The notes below the pieces were generated by a model that did not search any database, was not told where the DNA came from, and saw only the letters and a list, made by a program, of their open reading frames with translations. This document shows positions 24,982 to 37,026 of a DNA stretch of 64,000 nt, in pieces. Position 1 is the first letter of the stretch, and the number at the start of each line of letters is the position of its first letter. This DNA is from Camelus ferus. Lineage: Eukaryota. The stretch covers positions 82,214,001 to 82,278,000 of the forward strand of contig NC_045696.1 of NCBI RefSeq assembly GCF_009834535.1. Direction: 5' to 3'. The position numbers and the translations under genes were made by a program.

Positions 24982-27900
24982 GCTACAATTGAAATGAAAT
25001 TTAAAGTAATTCTAGATGAATAAATTGGCATAAAATATTTGATTGTTTCTAATTGTAGATACACACATTTTCAGAGATGATCACACAGGAATTCTAAAAT
25101 TATCCAAGCACTTATCTCAAGTGGAAGGAATAGTCACATTTAAAATATCTTCAACCCAAATGTGCATCATGGTCATTTATAACAGGACAAATGACATTGC
25201 TCCTTAAAATCTGAGCAGCTAATGTCACCTTCAGCCCCCATCCTACATGTTCTGCACGGCCCTGCTCAATCCTGGGGATTTCATCTTCGTGGCTGCTTGG
25301 GCTCTGAGTTTATGCTCCTGTAAGGCTCCCAGTCTACCTCATAGCTCACCTCCCTGAGCTGTTTCCCCCTTCTGCTCTATGCTGACTCAGAATGCAGTCC
25401 CCTGCCCTCAATATCCACATAAAATCACTCACACAAGGTAACACATCTGTGTAGCTGACTTTACAGAGGTCTTGGCCAATTGGAGGGGGTGTGTCAAAAA
25501 TAACTTAAAATTGAACATTAGACTTCTCCATTGTAAAACATTCCTTTGGTAATTTTGACAATGCAAGCGCTGGCTTCTTGTTTTGTTTTTTTTTAACCTT
25601 CTCTCAGCTGCTACCCCAACTACTCCAAAGCAATTCCTCCCACTTTATTTTGCAGAGGCCTCTCCAGCCCCTCTCCCTGACTCTGCTCTGAGCTTTTCCT
25701 CAATGGGCCTTTGACTCTGGGTCTCTTTGTCTCTTCCTTCCCTACTCACCTTTGCCAAGGGTGGGGAGAATTTGAGAGATTTCTTTTCTACTGGTTTGAA
25801 CTACGCCACCAACATCTCACTTTAGGAGGCAGCTAGACTTAGTTTTGGTTTTAAATAACAATAAGCACTTTCTCTGCTACACTAGCACATTATAAATGAA
25901 AATGAGTTTTCACTGTAGTAGTAAGCAGTACTGACTACAAAGACAGTTAATACCGGAGCGCTTGGCAGCAGCCCCAACACATATTTCACTTTCACTGAAG
26001 GCATATATACTTCAGCACTTTTCTCAATGCATCATATCACAGCACGTACCCTGGAAAGCATTGTTGAAGACAGATGGAATATGCATGCTTCCCTCACCTC
26101 CTATTTCTTTTCCCTCTGGAAGCTCAATGTCGTCAGTTCATCATTTTCTTGATATGTAAAGTTCTAGGTCTACTACAAATATAATAAAAAGGGATAAACC
26201 TTTGTCATCATTAAGCAAGTAGAAATTACGTAATTTCCTATCTTCTTGAAATCAACATAATTTAAGTGTTATGACACTTAAATATATACAAGTATACTTG
26301 TATACTTCATTTTCTTCGAAAGATTGTGAAGCAAAATCATTTATATATAAATTTGTACACAGACTAAAGTGAAATTCTAGCAGTAACTCATATAATTCAA
26401 CTGAATTTTAGATATTTTAGAAAGTTAAGAAATATTAACATAAGAGACTTTTTTATGATTATCACTGATTGTTCCTCAATGTTTTTTCACAAAACGTTGT
26501 ACTCTTGACATTTGATGGTCCATACTTGATGACAGTTTTTTTGCATATAGTTATCTGCAGTAATGGGAGGCCATTAAAATGAGAATGGAGAGTAAACTAT
26601 AGCAGTAACACACAGAGGTAGGTACTTCTGAAGATGATAAACACTTAATAAATTTATATACAACTTTCAGATGACTTTATCTTAAATAAACTTCCTTTAC
26701 TTTTACTTAAAAACAAAAAAACTAAAGCAAGGCAGTATTTATTTATTTATTTGGCAGGAGCAGTATGGCATCTTTACTCTTCAGTAACTTTAGCCAAATA
26801 AGAATTTATTAGCTAACATTCTGTTAGTAATGAAACCAATAACATTTATAGATAACTCTAAGTATTTCTTTATACAATTTAGTTTTTCCCAAGCATCTTG
26901 TGTCTTATTGTTATAGTGTGCCCAATGGTCTTGGGAGGACTGCTGTTGAGGGTATTCATGAAAGAATATTTCCTTACGTCTCCCTTGGTCATCAGGCCCA
27001 TATAGAACCATATTCCTTTTGAGACAAAATTGTCCCTCAGTTTTTATGTGCAAACATTTTTATGAAAGAAACTAGTCTCAATTTGGAGACTAGTGTAGAT
27101 TTGTGTACTTACATCCACTGTGAAGACTTTGTGGTTTTTGACATTGCTCGTGGAAGAAACATCCGAAGACTTTCTGTCTTCCAGTTGCTGAAGCTTCTCT
27201 AACTGCAGGCTGAAAAGCACATCCGGCACCTGTTTCAGACTGCCTCAATGAATTCACCTTGCCTTAAATATGAACTCAGCTAAGTTGATTAGTCCTATTT
27301 CATGACAGAAACGCTGCCCTCTATATCCTCTACAGATAGGCGGAAAGACGTTAAGCCCCAGGAAAGTGCATGGCAGTGTACATAAACCTGTCTCAGCGTT
27401 TAGCCTTTACCTTAATCCTTCCTTAGCCTTTAAGATGCTTTGTGGGCATTCAGTTAATGCCACTCTTCAATGTGACACAAAAGTAAAATACTATGAGAAT
27501 AAGTAATAAGCTTTTCTTTGATGGAAATAGAATGATTTCGTATTTTTCAACAGGTTTTAAGTGCAAAAGTTCCTTTTGCAAGCAGGGGAAAAAGTTAATT
27601 TTCCATTGAGCTACAAAATTAAACAAAAGACGGTAGTCTATTTAAGGAGGGAGCTTCTAGAGTTGACAACTGCACTTTAATTCCTATAGACAGTGAAAAA
27701 ACCTGTCATTCACTGCGAGAGCTGTGTATATAGAAGAGAAATCAGGGAATTTTGAAAATGTGACGTGTTCTATTTACTACAGAAACATTTGTGGATGAAA
27801 AAGAACATCCCTATTTTTCTATTCCTAATAATTTTACTAGTGGAAAGTACAAAATAATAATTCAGTATGAAAAAATTAAAGTTGTGATACAAGTAATGCT

Positions 27901-30900
27901 TTAGGCTTCTAGTGTGAAGATAACTTACTGCTTTGTTGACACATTTTTATCATTGGCTTTTGAGGTCATTATGAAAAAACACCATATGGGACGTATTGAC
28001 CTCACTCTAGGATGACTGTTCATAAAGCAGTGATCAACAGCAGGGACTTAAAATGACTGACCCCCATGTATAAACTATATAACCTGGCCAAGCTATTCAG
28101 CATCTCTGAGCTTCAGTTTCCTTATCTCAGAAAAGCCTTGTAGAGTTTTTCTGAGATGTGACGGTAACAAAATAGACAAAGTACCTGGATGGTTCCCACT
28201 AAGTGTTAGCCATTGTGTTAGGTAACTACATTACATGGAGTCCTCTGTTGAGGATTCATGGAAGAAATTTTTCTCAGCCCATAGTACTAGGAATAATTGG
28301 GCCTTTCCCTGAGAAATCAGGCCAAAACAAAATCTCAGGAATCATGTAACTAATGACTCTTTATTTTGGATTGGCTGCTAGGAAGCTCAGGGCCAAATTT
28401 ATGGCCTGCTTTTAAGCATACATTTTAAAACTAGAAATTATCTATGGCTTCATCTTGTTTTTCCCATTATTTTCCTTTTGACTTGATTTCTTTACTAAAC
28501 TGTCTTATTGTATTATATGTATATTGAAGTTTCTGCTAACAAATAATATATGTATATTTTCTTCACTCTGGTAGTCTTCAAATTAGAAGAGCTTGTGTCT
28601 GAAAGGCTTGTTTATAATATTGCTCAACGGGAACATTGGTTCCATCCCTGAAACATCCTAAAGGGAAATTAGGCTCCCGGCCAAGGCATAAGCACTCAGC
28701 CAACAGTGCAACAGTGGTGCTCATCTCAACGTGGAGCTGTCATTTATAATTCTTTTTTCTGGGAAATGTGATCACAGTACCAATGGGGTTCACGAATGAC
28801 ACAGTTTCTCCTGACCCAGCCCTGCATAAATTCCCCAGATCCCCACTTGCAGTTGTATTCCTCTTACTCATCTGTACTGGCTCCTGCTATGAGGGGTGCT
28901 GAGGCTATGTTAAGGAAGGCAGGCAGGCCTGGACCCCTGACAGGTGGAATGGGGGAAGTGGGAGAAACAGTAGCTTCCAAGAGTCTGGGGCTCTGAGTGG
29001 AAGTGGGAGAGAAGAGGTAGACGCTTCTGGTATCCAGTCAGTACACACCAGTCCGACTGCGCTGATTGTTAAAATAGTGAAATTCTCCTATTCTGGTTGG
29101 AAAATAGCCACTGCCCTGAGCCCCCATGAGCTCCCCTGATCCAGTTGCTCTAGAATCTCCTCTGAGACACCCCTGCCCCACAGTACAGCATCTGAAGAGA
29201 TAGCTCCTAATATAGCAAGGGGTCTGTGGGTCCCTGCTGCAGCCCCTCAGCTGGTGCCCATCTGGACTGGTCAGGGGACTGCCAGCGAGTGAGAGAGGAA
29301 GATGACAGTGCTGAGGGCGATGACTGCCAAAGGAGAGGGGACTGGAGGGCTAGCCCTGGATATCTGGGGAATAGCTGGAGGAAGCTCCACAGGAAGAGAG
29401 GAACAAGTGAGGATAAGAGGCCACCATGGCCCCAGGGATTTTCTGGTACTCACCCAGGAGTATTGTAAATTTGCCCCCTGCACTCAGGACACAGAAAAGC
29501 CTCTTTATTTTCCTGCAGCTGATCTGGTCTCCCTCAAAAGTACAACTTCAAAAGATAAAAGGAGAGAAAACTACATTTAATCCAATCTGGTAAATTCAAA
29601 CCTTTCCAATAATGTAGAAACAGTCTTTCTCAGGTGGCTTAGTCTCTTCCAAGTTCAAACGGACTCCTTTTAATTTTTTATTCTTTTCTTCTCTGAGATG
29701 GCATGGGAGTTGGGGGATGGACAGCTTGCAGTGTCCTTGTGGTGAAGGAGTTGGGGAAGGGATCTTGGAGAGTGCTGAGGGACCACATACTGCCCTTCCG
29801 GTCCCCTGGTGCCACCTCAGGTTGGAGGCTCTGCTGGCTTCCCACATGAACACCATCGTATGGTCTGCTCACCCAGAGCCCTGACTGCTGACTCAGCATC
29901 TGACCCAGCAGAGCCTCTGAGATTTGGCTGTTCACCCCTTGGTTTAAGTGGTCTTCCCTAAAGCCCTTGACCACAGACTTATTTTTGCCCTGGTATTGGT
30001 GACCCACCCTAGCAAGCTTCCCAGACAGAGTCCCTGCTACTTTTATGTTGCCCAAGGGGATGCAGGCACCTCCTTCCAGCCCACTCTGGGTTACTCAGGA
30101 AAGCTAACTTGGCTCTCTCTCCACCTGGCCTCTTGGCAGTCCTAGGTTGTTCCAGGGCACCTTACTGGGAAGTCTTCCAGGAAACCCCACGAGATGTGCA
30201 GCAAGAGTGCTTCTGTGCTTAGTTTCCCCTCTACTCATCTAAGACAGTTCTCCTCTCCTGGTCTCTAGAATACTCTGCATGCTCCAAAGCATAGGCCACC
30301 TTCTTCCTGACTTGCTGGGACTTTCCTGTTGTACAACTGGGAGCAGGTCCTCCAGGCCTGGCTTTTGCTTTTAAGATGCTAACCAAAGGGGATGATCTGG
30401 AATTAAGTTTTCCATTCTTTTCCCACAAAGTCCAGTTTCAGGGATAAATGTCTCAACTAAGTAGCTGAAAAAAGGAAATGTGGGACGAAAGCCAGGCCCC
30501 CCAGCCTTTTCCATGATTGGAGTTCTCACCCGCTCCGTTCCTATGGTAATGAACCTCATGACTCTGCCTCTGAGTCTTCTTAAGTGGCTGCTGGTTTTAT
30601 ATCTTCACATCTTTGTATCCTCTTCATCTATTTAAAAAATATAAAGTCAGCTTTCAAGTTTTGTTTATTACTAAAGTTCTTACTGACTTACTATTAGTGA
30701 CCTCTCTTGAGTGTGAAGATGATATACAGAAAATAAAGTTTGCTTTAGAACTATTTTTACCCTCATTTGTTTTGATACTGACACACTTCTGATCCACCAT
30801 GCACTTGAAATTTATTTTTCCTATAGTGTTGAGAGCTCTTTTTCTGTAAGATAAGCATATAAGTATAGAAATGCAATATAATAGGATTTATTCCAAGGAC

Positions 30901-32762
30901 ACTTTTTCCATGTAAACAACAGATTTCCAAAGAAAACAATAGGAAATATTCCTTCTTCATCAGTATCTTCTCCTTTTTTTGCCCAGAACATCACTGATCT
31001 AAAGAAATTGTGAAAAATTCAAATCTACTGGATTTGTAAAAAATTAGAATCTCTAGCTTAATGAAGTGGTGATTCATTTGTTAAAAATATGATAGCATTA
31101 AATACTATATGCTATCTTATAACAATTAACAGAAGACTGTATTTGGCATAAATCTTGAACAAATGAAAATATTTGCTTCTAGAAATAACTGAGTTGGAAA
31201 TAACAAATATACTTTCCATCAATTTGCATATATTCACATCTACAAAGTATATTATTTTTATAATGTCAATTCCATTTAATCAATGGACTTTGGTTCATCT
31301 CTTGCTTATATATTGTACAAGTGGACAATAATTTGGAAATGGTAAGATAAGAATCAACAGAAGTTTTCATTTATTTAGATATTAATTTTAATTATCTTCC
31401 TTAATTTCCTTAATTTTAAAAAGCCTCAGTTTCCTTAATATTCCCATTAAAAAATAAGACTACTTATTATTTTATTACATAAATCTTACTAAGATTTAGA
31501 AAGCCATGAACGCTGAAAATAAAAAAATACTAAAGAATTATTTCCTGCTCTGCAAAGTACTTTTTAAAAAATATCACTTGATCTTAGTGATTTTTTTAAT
31601 GGCCATAAAATGCTAAGCACCATGAGAATCATATGTTAAAAACGTGGTTCTTGCCTCTGGCTTATAATCTATTAATTTTTTTGCAAAAGATCTTATTTCT
31701 GCTATATGAGTACTGATACAGCATAAGAACAAGTATGAAAAATAATTGACAAGGTATGGAAAAGAAAGTAGACTAAGAAACAGAAAGGAATGACAGTATA
31801 TCTTCAAACAGGAAAATTAATTTAAAAGGATCATTAAAACAATTGCACTTGTTTGTTGATGGTGATATTTTCTTTGGTACCAAGATCACAGGATAAACAC
31901 CCCTCCAGGGAATTTGAATCTAGACTACTTGGCCATACCACAAACACTTCTGGAATTGAACACATTTTTGTTATGTGGGTATTAATTGTAATGGAATTTG
32001 ATCCCCCCAAATTATCTGCATTTCTCTAAATAATAAAAGCATTCCCAACAGAAAATGACCATGGAAAACGAGAACTACAGTTACCATGCTCTTATGCTCT
32101 ATAAAATATTGAGCTCTTTTGCTGAGTGTCGTGGATTCATGGGTAATATATTTTTACTGCCATTAGAACACTTGCAAAATTAAGCTAGAATTACCTCAGT
32201 TGGCTGCTATTAGCCAAAGCTCCAGGATCCAGTGCCAAAAATAAATCCCTGTAATGATAGACTTCAACAGTTGTACAAAGCAGGCTTTTAAAGATTGGTT
32301 TCTGGAAATTAAATATTACTTGCTGTGACAAAGAACCTATCCAGCACAGACCAGTTAAATGGACAGATTCCTTTTAACAATGTAACAATTCTTACAGAAT
32401 TAGCATAACACTAATGATACTTTTTTCCTTAAAGTCTTATTTTTGGTAAAGAGCCTCTGTAGTTTTATAAACATTACCCCATTCATACCTAAAACATCTA
32501 CCTTTTTTTTTTTTAGAAGGCAGTGATAGCATTTGATCAAATCCTCAAAAAGTGCAATAACTGCATTTGGCACACGGTGGATCACTGATGAAACTAGAAG
32601 TGGCCTCGGGTCCCTGACTCCTCCAGCTTAGTGCTCTGACTCCTGACGTGAGCAGTATACTGTTTCAAAGCAATCTCAGATGTCAATATTCTAAACCTAA
32701 ATAATGAATCACTTTTATGAGTGCCACCTGGCATGAAATAGCGTCTTCTTGAATTGCAGGAT

Positions 32763-33705
32763 AACACACATAACATAAAATCTACCATCTTAACCATTTT
32801 AAGTGTAGAGTTCAGTAGCAAGTTTATTCACATTGTTGTGCAACTAATCTCCAGAACTCTTTTCATCTTGCAAAACTGAAACTCTACACCCAATAAACAG
32901 CAAATCTCCATTCGCCACTCCCCCCAGCCCCTGGCAACCACTATTCTACTTCCTGTTTCCATGATTTTGACTCTTCTGGGTACCTTACATAAGTGGAATC
33001 ATACAGTACTTGTTTTTTTACCATTTCACTTAGCATAATGTCCTCAAGGTTCATCCATGTTGCGGCACGCGTCAAAATTTCCTTCCTTTTTAAGGCTGAA
33101 TAAAATTCCCCCGTATGTGTATACCACTTCTTGTTTACTCATTCATCCGTTGAGGGACATTTGGGTTGCTTCTATTTTTTGGCTCTTGTCAATTAGGCAG
33201 CTATGAAAATGTGTGTGCAAATATCTCTTCAAGACCCAGCTTTCAATTCTTTTGGGTATATACTCAAAAGTGGAAGTTCCGGAACATATTGTAATTTTTT
33301 TTTTTTTTTTTTTTTTTTTGGTGGAAACTCCATACTGTTTTCTACGGCAGCTGCACTTTTAGGTTCCCACCAGCAGTGCATAAAATGGTTACAATTTCCC
33401 CACATTCTTGTCAACACTTATTTTTTCTGTTTTGTTTTGTTTTTGTTTTGATAATATTGATTTTATTGTGTATGAGGTGGTAACTTATCATGGTTTGGAC
33501 TAATCATTTCCCTAATGATTAGTGATGTTGAGCATTTTTTCATGTGCTTATTGGCCATTTGTTTATCTTCTTTGGAAAAATGTCCATACAAGTCCATTGC
33601 CCAGTTTTAATTGGGTTGGTTGCTTTTTGTGGTTGAGTTGTAGGAGTTCTTTAGATATTCTGGACATTTATCCCATATCAGATATATGATTTACAAATAT
33701 TTTCT
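32763..33705 (-). mobile_element. Older LINE-1 3' fragment (L1M class)
   Basis: Typical L1 3' text; degraded ORF2 motifs in ORF 33229..33417 (HCWWE, PELPLLSIYPKELKAGS). Confidence 0.85.
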
Positions 33706-34085
33706 CTGGTAGGGCATGATATCATTTATATGTAAAACCTGGGGAAAAAATGTCAAACTCATAGAGGCAGAGAGTAGAAACACTTTTGCCAAGGGCTGGA
33801 GGGTAGGGAACTAGGGAGAGTTTGGTAAAAGGGTACAAACATTCAGCTATAAGATGAATAAAGTCTGAGGAGTTAATATAAAACATGGTAACTGTAGTTG
33901 ATTACACTGTGTTGTGTAATTGAGATTTGCTAAGAGAGTAGAACTTAAATTTTTTTTAAGGTAAATATGTTAGATAGTGGATACGTAATTAACTTTCACA
34001 ATATATACCTATGTCAAATCATCATGTTGTACACTTTAAATACTTTATAATTTTCCCAACTGTACCTCAAAAAAACTGAAAAAAA
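33706..34085 (+). mobile_element. LINE-1 3' end (L1MA9-like)
   Basis: gtcaaactcatagaggcagagagtag...gggtacaaacattcagctataagatgaataa...aactgtacctcaaaaaaactgaaaaa. Confidence 0.75.
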
Positions 34086-34099
34086 TTATACATTCTGGA

Positions 34100-34585
34100 A
34101 GAATATTACCTCCTTTTTTAGCACTATTCTCTAAGTAACGGCTTAGCGACATCACATACTTTTAAAGTTTCATCTGGATTATTAACATTTTCTCCATCAC
34201 TTCTTAAATCAACAATCAGGAAAACAATACATCAAGCACTGATACATGGCATTTGCTGATTTCCACGGTGTCCCTGCTCTTACCACCACTGATTTCAAGC
34301 CACCACCGTCCCTAAATAGACACACAGCAGCATTATACATTGCTTCTACCATTCTGATAAGTGCATGTAAAAAAACCTCAAAAGTATAGAAAATAGTAAA
34401 ATGTAGTAAAATAATTAGCAAGGGATTAGTTTTGAGTGTGTGTTACCTTTATTTTTAATATAATTGATTCAATCCTGTGTATATAACTTGATTTTTAATG
34501 ATGGCTGTGTTTAACAACCAACTTGCAAAATTCCTAAAAATTTAATGATCACCCTGTGAGGTGGCACAAGCTGGTCCCAGCACAT
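34100..34585. mobile_element. hAT-Tip100-like DNA transposon fragment (related copy at ~6980-7415 in the opposite orientation)
   Basis: Shared motifs: ttaacaaccaacttgcaaaattcctaaaaa here versus tttttaggaaatttgcaagctagttgttaa at ~7023. Confidence 0.55.
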
Positions 34586-36990
34586 CACTGTATGGACCCC
34601 TTCTGCTCTCTTCATGCACAGTCCTTCTACCCTCCAACAAGGTGAGCATTTTGCTTGGGTTCCTAAAATAGCGTATAACTTTGGCCTTTCCTTAAAATCT
34701 TTCACGTAAGTCTCAGCTAATTGGTATTCAAAGTCCTCCTAAATCTGGGCCCTGCACACCTAACCACAATGTTTCTACACTCATTACTGTGAACCTTGCG
34801 GCGCTTCCAGTGGAGCCAGATGCCTCACGGCCCCACTCTTCACCCAGCCCTTGCACCTTCTTGACTCTGGGCCCTGCATCCTCACAGTTTCTCTGGAAGT
34901 CCTTCCCCTTTTCTCACCCAAGTCCAACTCCTCCTTCAGGGCCCAGCTCTGATTCCACTCACTCTACAAAACCTTCTCTGGGTACCTCAGTAATTTCTCT
35001 GATTACTTTATTATACTTACAGCTTCTAACGTAAGATGCATCCCTTTATGAAGTACTAATTTGTACTGATCTTTTACTGTTGCCACATGTTGTTCTTCAT
35101 TTCCCAATCAGAATGTACTGGAAATGTATGACATCTTCAATTAGGCTGTAAGGAAAAGACTCACGTTTTATGCAGCTTGAGTATCCTCCCTCTATGCAGT
35201 CACACACTCAGAAGTATTTATTGAGCATCTACTATCATCAGGAGCTATGCTAGGCATTAGGGATCAATTTGTACACATCTTTGTAAAGGAACAAGATACA
35301 AGTTTTGCTTTGCCTATCTCATTGACAAGGCACCCACTAGGCATTAAACATAATTAATTAGGGTAAGTTTGGGGATAGAGTGTATATAAATAGAAACACT
35401 GAATTTCAGAGCTAGCAGGGATCTAGACCAGGGATTCTCAGCGGGGACAGTGGTGCCTCCTCGGGGGCTTTTTGGAACCTGTGGAGGGTTTGGGGTTGTA
35501 AGGTTGTTTAGAGAATATTATGGGATTTTGGGGTGGTTCCAGGGATCAGGGACTTCCTGCAATGTGTGGACTGTCCTGTCAACAGATAATTACATTGCCT
35601 CATACGCAATTTTAAAGTGTTTTGCTGGGAGTTCATTAAGATGAATTATAATTAGCAGAAGACAGAACTGAACTCAACATGAAAAGCTTTCTCTTATGTG
35701 GTTTTTGGCACAGACTGAAATTTCCAGATATTCAGCTAGGATATAAGTTGAGGGAAAATTGAGTTTTTCTGTTCCAAAGTTTTTTGAGTTGTCCATAATT
35801 ACAAAAAAGGCCAAAAATCACATCATAAATACTAATTCCCTTCATGTTATTTGAGTCACTAAATCAACACATCATATCAATCTGCATTTTTAATCATGTC
35901 TATATCTACCTATATAAAACTCACAATAATCTGTACAATATACTCATTTAGTTCTGATTTCAAAAGGTCAAAAATTTTAAAAACTCAAAATTACATTGAA
36001 TATAAACAACACATACAATTTAAATTGATATAATAAAGAATCATACTAAATATACATAAAATGAAATAAAACATTTTTATATAAATGGGTAGAAGCAGCA
36101 GACTTTTCATATGTTGTACAGTATAGCTGTGCTGGAGTATTTGCATATTAAAATATATATGACTTTTTCTAGGTTAGTTTCCCTGCTTTTCTCTTTTATA
36201 TGACAAGAAATTATACTGGTTTTTTGGAAGTGTGTAAGCAGACTATATAATCTGGGAATTCCACTTCAGGATGTTAAGGGGTGTTCCAAGATGTTTGTTT
36301 TGAGAAGGGGGCTTCAAGTCTTATGAGGGTGAGGACAGTTATTGCAAGATTATGCTGACCTGAGATCTCTCTGACTGTTTTTATCTATGCTAGCCACCCT
36401 CGTTTCATTGCTGTGGGGTTTTGCTTGCCTTCCTGCCTTCCTTGAGAGCGTTTACACCCCTGGGACAGGGTCTGTGTCCTTTTGAATCTGAGAGCACTAG
36501 CACAATGAAGTCAAGTAGTAACATGCTTGATGAAGTGGATGCTGAAGTCATAGTGACTAGAGCACAATAGAAATGGTGGCAGATAAAACGAGAGCTTGCC
36601 TTCGGGTCACCTACAATGTAGTTTTAGACATGATCATAAGGATAGCATCTTGGAAGTGTAATAACAACAAAAGGAAATAACGTCTTTGGTGCTCGGTATA
36701 GTTCTAAGAACTGGATTTCAGACTCCAGGGGAATCAAGCTGAATTTTAGTGCCTCCTGTCCTTGCCTCCTCATGTCAGAGGTATGTTTCCTACAATAGAA
36801 AGGAGGTTCTAAAATTCATCACCTAAAGGAAGGTTCTAAATACCTTGCAGTTTTGAGCAGGTTTGGAAAATGATGAAAGATGAAATGCCTGAAAATGTGC
36901 CTGGGAAATACTGAGGGAAAAACAGCCTAGCCCCTGTTATTCAGCCAACGCAAACCACGGTGGCTGCCCCCCAACCCCCAATCCCACTGC

Positions 36991-36992
<2 letters not shown>

Positions 36993-37024
<32 letters not shown>
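36993..37024 (+). repeat. (AC)n microsatellite
   Basis: About 16 AC units. Confidence 0.95.
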
Positions 37025-37026
<2 letters not shown>

